Shown: positions 19,587 to 29,260 of the stretch, in pieces
Layout: each line of letters begins with the position of its first letter
Position numbering within the stretch: the stretch's first letter is position 1
Origin: Bacteriovoracaceae bacterium
GTDB lineage: Bacteria > Bdellovibrionota > Bacteriovoracia > Bacteriovoracales > Bacteriovoracaceae
Direction: 5' to 3'
Length of the DNA: 64,000 nt
Assembly (NCBI GenBank): GCA_048270185.1
Contig: JBLWTJ010000001.1
Location: forward strand, 192,001 to 256,000
The notes under the pieces: generated by a model
Database searches by the model: none
What the model saw: the letters and a program-made list of their open reading frames with translations, nothing else
Told to the model about the DNA's origin: nothing
Program-made: the position numbers and the translations under genes

Positions 19587-20015
19587 ATGGCAAAGGCAAG
19601 CCGAACAGAAGTATTTAATGGACCAATTGAAAAGCTTTATAATGTAATTGCTGACTTTGAGTCGTACCCGGAGTTTGTTCTTGGTGTAAATGACATTAAA
19701 GTTCATGATATGAGTGAAACGAGTGGTGTTGTTGAGTATACGATCGATATGATTAAGAAGCTCAACTACAAATTAGATATGAAGCTTTCTCGTCCAACAA
19801 ATGTTGAGTGGACATTTAAAAGTGGTGATCTTTTTAAGACAAATTCAGGTGGTTGGCAGCTTAAGGACCTAGGTGATGGTAAGACTGAGGTAACTTACAG
19901 TCTTGAAATTGAAGTCAAAGGCTTCATTCCTGGTTCTAAGATGATTGTTAATAAATTAACAGAAACCTCTCTACCATCAATGATGAAGAGTTTCTTTGAT
20001 CGAGCGAGTAAGTAA
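19587..20015 (+). CDS. SRPBCC/START (RatA/Coq10-like) protein
   Basis: VIADFESYPEFV, GDLFKTNSGGWQL, TEVTYSL. Confidence 0.85.
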   Translation: MAKASRTEVFNGPIEKLYNVIADFESYPEFVLGVNDIKVHDMSETSGVVEYTIDMIKKLNYKLDMKLSRPTNVEWTFKSGDLFKTNSGGWQLKDLGDGKTEVTYSLEIEVKGFIPGSKMIVNKLTETSLPSMMKSFFDRASK

Positions 20016-20338
20016 TGAGCGAAGACCACAAGAGCGATAAGAAAGAAGGTTTACTAGGTGATACGATAAAGAAGGTTGTTTCTATCGGAATCGGTGCGGC
20101 CTTTATGACTGAAGAATCTGTTAAAAAGGTTCTCGAAGATCTTCCTCTACCTAAAGATATCGTCTCAGGTCTATTATCAAATGCTAAGAAATCTAAAGAA
20201 GACTTTATTGAGTCTGTTCGAGGTGAGCTTAGGCACTATCTAAAAACAGTTGATCCAAAAGTAATCATTGAATCTATTCTTGAAGATTATGAAATCAATG
20301 TTTCTTTTAAAAAGAAAAAGTCGAACACAAAAAAATAA
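20015..20338 (+). CDS. Phasin-like hypothetical protein
   Basis: KKVVSIGIGAAFMTEE motif; translationally coupled on both sides (TAATG). Confidence 0.6.
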   Translation: MSEDHKSDKKEGLLGDTIKKVVSIGIGAAFMTEESVKKVLEDLPLPKDIVSGLLSNAKKSKEDFIESVRGELRHYLKTVDPKVIIESILEDYEINVSFKKKKSNTKK

Positions 20339-20979
20339 TGTCTTCACAAATTAAAGAAAATTATCAAGAAATTGTAACGGCCATTGGAGATAAGAATAAG
20401 CTAATGGCCGTTACAAAATATAGTGATTTTAAAGAAATTAAAACTGTTTACGACCTTGGTCATCGTGACTTTGGTGAGAATCGAATTGAATCACTTATGC
20501 CCAAAGCACTTCAAGCAAAGTCCTTGGGACTTAATGATATTCGCTGGCATTTCATCGGAAATATTCAGTCAAATAAGATTGCAAAAATCTGTGAGGTTCC
20601 AAATCTTTCAAGTGTGCAATCAATTGATTCTCTTAAACACCTAAAGCTCTTTTCCAAAAATCTTAGTTCAACTTGTGACTTCTATATTCAAGTTAATACT
20701 AGTGAAGAGGAACAAAAAGGTGGCCTGTGGCAATTAGATGATGTGAAAAATCTCATTGAAGAGGCCCATAAATTACCAAATATTGTTATCAAAGGGCTAA
20801 TGACCATGGCACAAGCACATGGGCTCGCACCACGTGTCTCGTTTCAAAGACTCGTGGATATAAGGGATGCCATCGATCCATCACTTAAGCTTTCAATGGG
20901 GATGAGTGGTGATATGCATGATGCTCTTGAGCTAGGTAGTGACTGCATTCGCGTCGGAAGCGCTATTTTCAAGTCCTAA
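20338..20979 (+). CDS. yggS: Pyridoxal phosphate homeostasis protein
   Basis: AVTKY, FGENR, WHFIGNIQSNK, LSMGMSGD, RVGSAIF motifs. Confidence 0.95.
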   Translation: MSSQIKENYQEIVTAIGDKNKLMAVTKYSDFKEIKTVYDLGHRDFGENRIESLMPKALQAKSLGLNDIRWHFIGNIQSNKIAKICEVPNLSSVQSIDSLKHLKLFSKNLSSTCDFYIQVNTSEEEQKGGLWQLDDVKNLIEEAHKLPNIVIKGLMTMAQAHGLAPRVSFQRLVDIRDAIDPSLKLSMGMSGDMHDALELGSDCIRVGSAIFKS

Positions 20980-21138
20980 TTTTTGTATCTTTATTATCTA
21001 ATTTATACACTTCGCATTCTAACATGTTGTAATTATAATAATTATTAGTTTGAACTAATGATAACGCTGGTTGACGTCATTTTATGCGCAATGTAGATGT
21101 TATTTATACGAATTAAAATCAATCTTTTGGAGAGCCTT

Positions 21139-22080
21139 ATGAGCGAAAGAAGAGTACCAGAATTAAGCCTAACATCTTACACACAAGGAAGCGCAAGCGA
21201 CCAAGTTCAATTTGTTGATACATTAATGTACGGATTAAAAGAGTACGGATTTGTTATTCTTAATGATCATACAGTTGATCAAAACAAAGTTGATGAAGCA
21301 TACGATATGGTAAAGAAGTTCTTCTCTCTACCTGTTGAGACAAAGCTTAACTACCAAGGTGAAAACGGTGGCCAACGTGGTTACACTCCATTTGGAATGG
21401 AGCACGCTAAAGATAGTAAGCACCCAGACCTTAAAGAGTTCTGGCATGTTGGGCGTGAGCTAGCTGCTACTTCTCAGTATAAAGGTGTATACCCAGAAAA
21501 TATTTGGCCTGCTGAAGTTGAAGGCTTTAAAGAAAAATTCCTATCTTTATATGAGTCAATGGATGCAACAGCTAATATCTTACTTGAAGCAATCGGAAAA
21601 GGACTTGATGTACCAGAAGGCTTCTTTGCAGATATGGTAAATGATGGAAATTCAATTCTAAGAACAATTCATTATCCACCAACAACAGGGCATGATACAA
21701 CAAATTCAATTAGAGCTGGTGCACACGAAGATATCAACCTTATTACAATGTTAGTAGGAGCGACTTCTTCAGGTTTACAGCTACTAGACCGTGATGGAAC
21801 TTGGCTAGATGTAAGTTCAAAGCCAGGACAACTTGTGGTTGACTCAGGGGATATGATGGCAAGATTAACTAATAATCTACTTCCTGCCACTACTCATAGA
21901 GTAATTAATCCAGATAACTCTGGTGAAGAGAGATATTCAATGCCATACTTCGTGCACCCACACTCGAATGCTTCCCTTGCTTGCCTTGAAAGCTGTATTG
22001 GTGAAGGAAAGAAGTGGGATGACATCACTGCAGGTGACTTTCTAAATCAAAGACTTAGAGAAATCGGTCTTATTAAATAA
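21139..22080 (+). CDS. 2-oxoglutarate/Fe(II) oxygenase, isopenicillin N synthase-like family
   Basis: HED...H...RYS facial triad and 2OG motif; QRGYTPFG, DLKEFWH. Start placed at ATG 21139 after GGAGAG. Confidence 0.92.
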   Translation: MSERRVPELSLTSYTQGSASDQVQFVDTLMYGLKEYGFVILNDHTVDQNKVDEAYDMVKKFFSLPVETKLNYQGENGGQRGYTPFGMEHAKDSKHPDLKEFWHVGRELAATSQYKGVYPENIWPAEVEGFKEKFLSLYESMDATANILLEAIGKGLDVPEGFFADMVNDGNSILRTIHYPPTTGHDTTNSIRAGAHEDINLITMLVGATSSGLQLLDRDGTWLDVSSKPGQLVVDSGDMMARLTNNLLPATTHRVINPDNSGEERYSMPYFVHPHSNASLACLESCIGEGKKWDDITAGDFLNQRLREIGLIK

Positions 22081-22124
22081 GCAAATTACTGGGGAATAAC
22101 CAGGACAACAACACTACGAATATC

Positions 22125-22157
22125 AAAGGCCTCCCTCACTGATGGAGGCTTTTTTTT
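22125..22157 (+). terminator. Rho-independent terminator
   Basis: AAAGGCCTCC-loop-GGAGGCT followed by a T run. Confidence 0.85.
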
Positions 22158-22221
22158 GTTCACCTGTCTAAATTGTGAACACTCTCAAACTTATAATTGC
22201 CTAAATTCATAACATTTATTG

Positions 22222-22237
22222 TGGCATCTCCTTTGCA
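22222..22237 (+). promoter_or_regulatory. Sigma54 (-24/-12) promoter
   Basis: TGGCAT-CTCCT-TTGCA with GG and GC exactly 12 nt apart. Confidence 0.75.
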
Positions 22238-22248
22238 TCATGTACCTC

Positions 22249-24051
22249 ATGCAAAACCTTAAGAAGATATCGACAGTGATGTGGATGCTATTCACACTAA
22301 CTCTTTTAAACCTAACATCAGCTCAGGCATCATATGATGTAGCGATTAAGCGTGAAGTTCTAGAGGCCAAGCGTGTATCTCGTAAAGTAATAGGTCGCTT
22401 GAGGCAATTATCTGGTCACAGTAATCAAACTGAGCGCCAGAGGGATTTCGAACAAGCGTACTTCGTTTATCGTAAGATCAATTCTACTATAAGAAAGTTT
22501 CATAAACATGTCCTAAAAAAGGATCGTCTTGGAACAGATGCCAATGGTGAATACAGTGAAGACCAAGTTATAAAGGATCTATCTGAATATATAAATGAGG
22601 TTGCAAATGGCCTTGTCGCATTTGCTGAACTTGATGGATATAAGAAGCTACCATCTTCAAGACGCTTAATGGTGTCTCAAATTGCCGTGACAATAGATAC
22701 TTTAGTTGAGTACCTGAGAGAGGATGATATTATTATTTCTCTACCAAAAGAATTTGATTCATTAGCAAGTACATACCGTCGCCAAGAAGAATTCTTAGAA
22801 AATAAGCAAGAAATTTTAGGTGATTACTTTGATGCTAAAGATGCCTTTGAAGAGGGAATTGAGCAATTACGTGAATTTGTAAAAAAATATATAAAGCGCA
22901 ATCACGGTCCTAATAAGGACGATCATCGCATATATACTAGCGAGTCTTATGACTATATCAATTATCGTCGTCTAGCGCGCAAGCTTGTCAAAGAACTTGA
23001 AGACTTCGACGTTAACTCAACAAAGACTTTTGCAAGCATCTCAGAAAAAGTGTCTAAAATGCAACACTTAGTAAACTTTTCACGAACTAATACAAAAAAT
23101 GCCAAAGTCCTTCTAAATCATGTTAACAAGCTTTTCAATAAGTTTTCTTTAGAGCTGTCTAAAGTTAATTCAAAGATCGTGCACAAGCCGATCCAAGCGA
23201 CTTTAGGTGTTAAAGAAGTTGAGTTTGACTATTACCGTGCAACTCAAGTGTGTTCAATGCTTGGTGGACCGGGAGATATTCTTTTAAGACGAGCTATTGA
23301 AACTGATATTGACCTCTTTGAAGACTTTAGCCCAAGAACTTCAGGGGCCATTAAGTTGGTTGAATTTTTAAAGTTTAACGATCGTCAGCTAGATTTTAGA
23401 CACGCAGAAGTTATTACTGAAATTGAGCGTGATACTAATATTTCGACAGTAGGCTTTTACCCATTAAGTTTTAACTGGGGAAAAGATGAAGAAGATAAGA
23501 TGCCTCCTTTTATTGAAATATCAAAGGGCTATCGCAAATGTCACTCAGATGGTTGTGACACTTATAGCGACTACCGTACTAATTTTGCTTGGCTAAGTAT
23601 TAATGAAAAGACGGCCAAGAAGGTAACAAGAAAGAAGGAGAAGGCCTTAAGCAAGGTAGCAAAGAAGGAAAAATACTCGAAACTAGGTGTTTGTTCTGAC
23701 TTCGTTAACTGGGCCTTTGGCAATGTTATTTCTTCTAATTGGAATCGTATTCCAATACTTAGAAATCTTATTCAGATTATTTACCCTCCAGAAGGGCTTC
23801 AGACTCCAGATAATCTCTACGAGTCTTATAAAACAAATGTGGTGTGTGAAGTAGAAAATAGAAAACTTACATATCCTGAATATGTGAATGCTCACACTTT
23901 AAAAGAGCAAGTGCTTAGAGATCTTAATTCTAAAAATGTTGAGATCAGCACACATGCTAAGAATACTTTAAATAAGTTAATTAAAGAAAATATTATGGAT
24001 GAAGAATTAAACCTAAACTACGACGTAATCAATTTTAAAACTTATAAATAA
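22249..24051 (+). CDS. Exported protein: helical N-terminus plus C-terminal permuted papain-like (YiiX/YaeF-type NlpC/P60) domain
   Basis: Signal peptide ending AQA; PGDILL...RHAEV...VCSDFV..AF...TPDNL (His before Cys). Start moved downstream of the sigma54 promoter. Confidence 0.65.
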   Translation: MQNLKKISTVMWMLFTLTLLNLTSAQASYDVAIKREVLEAKRVSRKVIGRLRQLSGHSNQTERQRDFEQAYFVYRKINSTIRKFHKHVLKKDRLGTDANGEYSEDQVIKDLSEYINEVANGLVAFAELDGYKKLPSSRRLMVSQIAVTIDTLVEYLREDDIIISLPKEFDSLASTYRRQEEFLENKQEILGDYFDAKDAFEEGIEQLREFVKKYIKRNHGPNKDDHRIYTSESYDYINYRRLARKLVKELEDFDVNSTKTFASISEKVSKMQHLVNFSRTNTKNAKVLLNHVNKLFNKFSLELSKVNSKIVHKPIQATLGVKEVEFDYYRATQVCSMLGGPGDILLRRAIETDIDLFEDFSPRTSGAIKLVEFLKFNDRQLDFRHAEVITEIERDTNISTVGFYPLSFNWGKDEEDKMPPFIEISKGYRKCHSDGCDTYSDYRTNFAWLSINEKTAKKVTRKKEKALSKVAKKEKYSKLGVCSDFVNWAFGNVISSNWNRIPILRNLIQIIYPPEGLQTPDNLYESYKTNVVCEVENRKLTYPEYVNAHTLKEQVLRDLNSKNVEISTHAKNTLNKLIKENIMDEELNLNYDVINFKTYK

Positions 24052-24075
24052 GTTTTAGAGAGAACAAAAGGGAGA

Positions 24076-26496
24076 ATGACAATGAGTAAAAAGAGAAAAC
24101 TATTAATCGCAGCTTTCTTGATGACACAAGCTCCTGCAGTACTTGCAGACTACTACCGTTCATCAATTGAGGGTATTTCTTTAGATGGTACGTACACGCC
24201 AGAAAACCTAAGTAATATCTCGAAAACTGTATGTAAGAAAGTTTATGACGATCCTCAAATGGATAAAGAGCATACTCAAATGTGTGAGCGTGGTGTTCAA
24301 TCAGCTCAACGTATGGCCGCTGTATACGCTGCTGGTGAAGGGACACACCTTGGTTGTGTTGACGGTTACCAACAAGGTGTTTACCGTGGATACAACACAA
24401 CATCTAATCCATCAATTGATGTTTTAAGAGAAGAGCAAAGAGCACTTAAAGGTGTAACTCTTGAAAATGCAGTTGCTCGCGGTAAGGTAAAAGCTTCTAA
24501 AGATTCACGTCACTCAACTGAAGGTGAAATTATTAAGCGCTTTAGAGATAATATTAGATCATCAAGTAATGATTCAATCCAAGCTCCAAGTGATGATTAC
24601 TCTGATATCCTAAAAGTACCTCGTTTTGAAGGTTTCTCAGATGGATATGCTGCAGATGGAAAAGGTGGATCATTCAGTGATGTTATCAACGCTGGTTGGG
24701 TTTCTTCAAGCTCATCAATTAATAAGAGAATCCAAGCTCGTGCAGTAGCAAGACAGTTTGGAATTAACTCAAACCTTTCAGATAAGTGTTCATCAACACC
24801 TATTCTATTTAATAAAGGTCTTCACACAGTATCAATGTGGTCACTATTCTCAGCTTATGGAGAGTATAACTTCAAAGATTACGGTTGGAAGTCAACTTCA
24901 CGTGCATGGACAAAGTTCCAAACATCTGAAGAGCAAGAAGCAATCGCTTTTAGAAATATCCAGGATGTTAAAGAGCAAAAGCAAGTTCAAGATGGTTACC
25001 ACAAGAAAAGTGTAGCAGTTGAGATTGATGAGATCGATCCTGCAACTGGGCAACCAACAGGTAAGAAAGTTGTAAAAAGAGATGCAAACGGAAATATCGT
25101 ATACACTCAAGTTGATGATCTTTCGAGACCAAAATTTAAAACGGTATACGTAACTGTACCTGGTAAATCAGCAAAAGATCTTAAAGCAGTATATGAAGAC
25201 GCATTCTCTGAGTCATACAGAAATCTTGCAAAAGAGCACTTCGGTAAAGCATTCATATCGACGCACACTATGGCCCGTCGTATGGGGGAGGACGCTGGTA
25301 AAGCAGTTGGTCTTATCGTAGCAAGAGACGCAGCTAAGCAACAAGCTTATGATGATGCTTACAAAGCACAATCTGCTGTTTCATTTGCAAAAGAGTACGA
25401 AAACCTATTTAAGACTTCATGGTTTAACAACTTTAACTACTTTGCAAATAACCCAATGGTTGAAATCACTGAGTTTGAACTTGTTGGTGATGGAAATGGT
25501 ATCTTTACTCGTGGTGAAGAACTTAAAGCTAGACTTGGTCTAAACAATCTAGGTCTTAAGTCTGGTCAAGTAAAAGTATCTCTTGATTCTGCTTCATTTG
25601 AAACAGGTAGCTCAAGATCTGACTATGTACAAGCTCCAGCTTCTCTTGGGTTTGACTATGTTTCAAATAAATCACTTGGAAAGCTTAAGGATAGCTTAAA
25701 TGTATTCGATAGAGCAAACCTTGTAATTTCAATTGATGGAACAGATATTAAGAAAGTATACGCTCTTAAAAGCTCTGCTGATAAGACTGTTACGATTCAA
25801 GACGTTGCTCAAATTGAAAAAACAAATGTTGAAGTTACTTCTACGATTGCAGGTGATGCAACAGTTTTCGTAAATGTTCACAACCCATCAAACACAGAAA
25901 CATCATCTTCTGTTGATATTGTTGTAACAACGAACCATGGTCTAACTTTTAGAACAAGTGCAACTGCTCTTAAAGCTGGTGAGTCAAAGAGAATTCCAGT
26001 ACGTGTAACTGGTCTTGATCCACTAGATATCATTAAGAAAGGTGTTGGTGGGACTGCTACTTCATCTGTCGGTGGAAGAGTAATGAACACAGTTAACACT
26101 GGTACTGCAACTGTAAACAGAGCTAAAGAAATCGCTAACTACTTCAATGAAGTACTTATCGGTGGAACTAATAACTTTGGTGACGAAGATAGAGACGGTA
26201 GAACACAAACTTTGATTGATCTAATTCTACGTGAGACAAGCGATATTGCTGATAAGCACTTTGATTGGGATGATTCAAGCGCAGTATCAAGAACAATTCT
26301 TGGTAATATGATGAGAGTTTACAAGGCATCATCTGCAGCAGGAAGAATGACTGACGAAGCTAGAAATATCTACGCTGATCTTGCTCAAGATTTAGAAAAA
26401 GAATACAAAGATGTTGGTGGATACAAAGATTACGTAAAAAACCTAGAAGTATTCAATAAGAAGCTTAAGACTCGTAAGAAGAAAGATCGTAAATAA
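24076..26496 (+). CDS. Large exported hypothetical protein (helical N-half, Ig/CARDB-like beta domains in the C-half)
   Basis: Signal peptide ending VLA; SD GGGAG; codon choices typical of highly expressed genes (TAC, AAC, ATC, GGT, CGT). Confidence 0.8.
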   Translation: MTMSKKRKLLIAAFLMTQAPAVLADYYRSSIEGISLDGTYTPENLSNISKTVCKKVYDDPQMDKEHTQMCERGVQSAQRMAAVYAAGEGTHLGCVDGYQQGVYRGYNTTSNPSIDVLREEQRALKGVTLENAVARGKVKASKDSRHSTEGEIIKRFRDNIRSSSNDSIQAPSDDYSDILKVPRFEGFSDGYAADGKGGSFSDVINAGWVSSSSSINKRIQARAVARQFGINSNLSDKCSSTPILFNKGLHTVSMWSLFSAYGEYNFKDYGWKSTSRAWTKFQTSEEQEAIAFRNIQDVKEQKQVQDGYHKKSVAVEIDEIDPATGQPTGKKVVKRDANGNIVYTQVDDLSRPKFKTVYVTVPGKSAKDLKAVYEDAFSESYRNLAKEHFGKAFISTHTMARRMGEDAGKAVGLIVARDAAKQQAYDDAYKAQSAVSFAKEYENLFKTSWFNNFNYFANNPMVEITEFELVGDGNGIFTRGEELKARLGLNNLGLKSGQVKVSLDSASFETGSSRSDYVQAPASLGFDYVSNKSLGKLKDSLNVFDRANLVISIDGTDIKKVYALKSSADKTVTIQDVAQIEKTNVEVTSTIAGDATVFVNVHNPSNTETSSSVDIVVTTNHGLTFRTSATALKAGESKRIPVRVTGLDPLDIIKKGVGGTATSSVGGRVMNTVNTGTATVNRAKEIANYFNEVLIGGTNNFGDEDRDGRTQTLIDLILRETSDIADKHFDWDDSSAVSRTILGNMMRVYKASSAAGRMTDEARNIYADLAQDLEKEYKDVGGYKDYVKNLEVFNKKLKTRKKKDRK

Positions 26497-26513
26497 TAAG
26501 ATCGATAAAAAAG

Positions 26514-26541
26514 AAAGGCCCGCATCTTGCGGGCCTTTTTT
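26514..26541. terminator. Bidirectional Rho-independent terminator
   Basis: AAAGGCCCGCA-TCT-TGCGGGCCTTTTTT between convergent genes. Confidence 0.9.
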
Positions 26542-26567
26542 ATTTGGTAATAATTTCTTTTAAAGAA

Positions 26568-27461
26568 TTATTGAGCGTCAACTACTGTTTGACCTGGCTT
26601 GAACCAACATAGTGGTCTTAGACCAGTTTCGAAGTTTTCACTTCTGTTACAAGTACCGATGTTAGCATCGTCCTTTGAAACATCTGTGTAAGCGTCAACT
26701 GTACAAAGTGCACCTTGGAAGTAAGTATCAAGACGACATTGTGGAGCTGGGTGATTGTGATTAGTAGTTGTAACAACTGCTGGATCTGGAGTATCAAACT
26801 TAAGCTCAGTAGTCATGCTTCTTAGCGCTCTAAAAAGGTTAGCTAGTGACATACCTGCCATTGAACCTCTTAAACACATTGCATATTCATTTTCGTTAGA
26901 GAAGTTCTTAGCACATGCTTCAGTAGCAACAGCTGGAACTTCAACTTCACTCATGATTGAAGTGTTGTCATCGTTTTCCATGAATTTTCTTAGACACTTA
27001 GAAGTACCGAAGTAATCAGCTTGACCTTCGTTAGATGCCCATGAAGTACCACCAAACCAGCTAGACTTCTTTGGAGCTCCACCTAGGTGGTGACCAAGTT
27101 CGTGACAAACAACAGTAGCAAATCCGTCTCTAGTGATTGTTTCGTGTCTTGCAAGACCACCAAACATACTAACACGCCAAGTGTTTCCAGACTGTTGAGC
27201 GTAAGCGTTAACAGTTCCGTCTTCCCACTTTCTTTCGATTACTAAAGTTTTACCTCTTTCTGCGATGATTGGAGCATAGATCGCTTCAATTTTATCAATA
27301 ATGTCGTTGAACTCAGTTTCTGAAATTGAGTTAACACTTTTTACATTTGATGGAATCCAAAGATTATTATCTTCAACGATTCCTGTCTTACCGTGCTCGT
27401 CACATGCGAATGAAAAAGTCGATACACATGCAAGTAGTAGAGCTAAAATTCCTTTTTTCAA
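26568..27461 (-). CDS. Exported zinc metalloprotease (HEXXH plus downstream E, M48-like)
   Basis: VNAYA, CHELGHHLGG, NEGQADY and HP motifs. TTG start at 27461 follows SD GGGAGG and gives a clean signal peptide. Confidence 0.85.
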   Translation of the reverse strand: MKKGILALLLACVSTFSFACDEHGKTGIVEDNNLWIPSNVKSVNSISETEFNDIIDKIEAIYAPIIAERGKTLVIERKWEDGTVNAYAQQSGNTWRVSMFGGLARHETITRDGFATVVCHELGHHLGGAPKKSSWFGGTSWASNEGQADYFGTSKCLRKFMENDDNTSIMSEVEVPAVATEACAKNFSNENEYAMCLRGSMAGMSLANLFRALRSMTTELKFDTPDPAVVTTTNHNHPAPQCRLDTYFQGALCTVDAYTDVSKDDANIGTCNRSENFETGLRPLCWFKPGQTVVDAQ

Positions 27462-27693
27462 ATCAGTCCTCCCTGAAAAAGTATATTGTTGATTTGTTTT
27501 CACTTTTATATTTCCCTTTGTCGGTTTTATGATTTTTCTATTTTGAACACGATATGTCTAAAGCTTTTTTACTCAAACACATAGATGTAAGTTTTTGTTG
27601 GTTTCTGGATGCTGTGTTGTATTAAATAGCTGATATAATGTTTGTGTTAAATTTTTGTTAATTACTTATAACTAATTAAAATTATGGTAGTAT

Positions 27694-28182
27694 TTGGTCA
27701 TGAGTAAGAAATTTCTATTACTATTCCTTTGTTCAATAAATCTTGTTTTCGCTCAGGTTGATGACCCGATTATGAAGCAATTTCAGCAAATGCGTGATGA
27801 AATGATGAAGCAAATGCAGGCAACTGATAGCTTTGATGCTGAAATTCAGAAAATGTTTCAACGCATGCAAAAGATGGGACAGATACAAGGGCTACCTGAT
27901 CGCTTCAATAAGACTGTATCAATGGTAGATTATTATTGGAAAGACTCTCAGACTCTAGTTCTGAAAGTTTCCAAAGATGATGAAATCAACGTTGAAGTAA
28001 AGGATGGAATGGTCGTTCTATCTGGGAGTAGGGTATCAAAAAGTCAAAATTCTTTTTCTAAATCCAGCTTTTCTCAATCAATTGAATTACGTCCAGCTCT
28101 TGATTCAACAAAAGTAGATATGTCGATGAAAGATGGGAATATTGTTTTGTCTTTCAAGTTAAAGTCAAATCGACAAATCTAA
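27694..28182 (+). CDS. Hsp20/alpha-crystallin-like protein with signal peptide
   Basis: EINVEVKDGMVVLSG...SFSQSIEL...DGNIVL; signal peptide ending VFA; Met/Gln-rich helix. Confidence 0.7.
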   Translation: MVMSKKFLLLFLCSINLVFAQVDDPIMKQFQQMRDEMMKQMQATDSFDAEIQKMFQRMQKMGQIQGLPDRFNKTVSMVDYYWKDSQTLVLKVSKDDEINVEVKDGMVVLSGSRVSKSQNSFSKSSFSQSIELRPALDSTKVDMSMKDGNIVLSFKLKSNRQI

Positions 28183-28601
28183 GCTGCTATTATTTCACCG
28201 TTTAAGTTCTCCAATATCGAGTATAACTTCTTATTGAAGTCATTTGCATTAAAGGGCTTTCTTAAAACTTCTTCGACATTCATCTTTGAAGCATCGTGTA
28301 TTTTACTTTCATCCAGCTCTCCTGAAATAAGCATTATGTGAGGGTAGTTACGGCCATGCATATCTAGGTGGTAGAGCCTTTCAATATATTTTAATACTTC
28401 TTGTCCATTCATTTCAGGTAGATTTAAGTCGATGACAATTAGATCGAAGTTATCTTCCTCAATCATTTGACAGGCATCAATCCCATTTGTTGCTGTTACA
28501 ACATTTGAAAAGTAGCCGCTGCTTGAGATCAGAGATTTTAGTGATTCAGAAATTCTTTTTTTATCATCCACGATAAGTGCCTTCATATTTGATCCTTGCA
28601 T
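28179..28601 (-). CDS. Single-domain response regulator
   Basis: LIVDD, IDLNLPEMNG, KPF motifs. Confidence 0.9.
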   Translation of the reverse strand: MQGSNMKALIVDDKKRISESLKSLISSSGYFSNVVTATNGIDACQMIEEDNFDLIVIDLNLPEMNGQEVLKYIERLYHLDMHGRNYPHIMLISGELDESKIHDASKMNVEEVLRKPFNANDFNKKLYSILENLNGEIIAA

Positions 28602-28736
28602 GAATTGGGTTTAACTACACACATATCTTAATTCCAAGGGATGGCCCTTATTACTTAAGAAAGAATAATATTTGTTTAAATAAGGTAACCTATTGTTTTT
28701 ACAGTGCTTAGAAGATGTAAAATTTGAGCCTTAAAC

Positions 28737-28764
28737 TAAAGTATGGGCAAGAATTGTCCGATAA
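28737..28764 (+). promoter_or_regulatory. Sigma28 (FliA)-like promoter
   Basis: TAAAG-N15-TCCGATAA, 7 nt before the ATG at 28772. Confidence 0.7.
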
Positions 28765-28771
28765 ATAAATT

Positions 28772-29218
28772 ATGAAAAGCTTCGCTATCACAATATTGAC
28801 GTTTATTTTAAGCCTAAGTGTTTTTGCGATTGACGAAAATTACTTTGCTAAAGAAAAATTCGACGTGCCAAAGCGTGATATTTCAGTAATTGCAACGGGA
28901 AGTGGTTTCTTTCCGTCGACAATCACGGCCTTTGTTGGTGAGAAATTACACCTATATGTAACGGCGGCCAGTGAAAGACCAAGTTGTCTTATTTTAAAAG
29001 AACATGAAGTTTATGTTGAGGCGAAGAAAGGTGAAGTTAAAGAAGCTTCATTATTTCTTGATACTCCTGGAAGATTCCAGTTCTACTGCCCATCAGGTGA
29101 AATTAGTGGAACTTTAACAGTTATTGATCATCCACGTGAGCAGGCCAAGAAACAAAAAAGAGAAATTGCTTCTCGCTTAGAGAGGCGAGTAAGGGTTTGG
29201 CGTCCAAGGGACGAGTAG
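28772..29218 (+). CDS. Exported cupredoxin-fold protein
   Basis: GFFPSTI...PGRFQFYCP...GTLTV; signal peptide. Confidence 0.8.
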   Translation: MKSFAITILTFILSLSVFAIDENYFAKEKFDVPKRDISVIATGSGFFPSTITAFVGEKLHLYVTAASERPSCLILKEHEVYVEAKKGEVKEASLFLDTPGRFQFYCPSGEISGTLTVIDHPREQAKKQKREIASRLERRVRVWRPRDE

Positions 29219-29260
29219 TATTTAGCGGTCGCCATTCTTATAATTGATGTGTGAGGGATT

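Noticed and set aside
22219..22248. ORF-track start of the 610-aa protein
   Set aside because: It overlaps the sigma54 -24/-12 element; a start at 22249 or later is more plausible.
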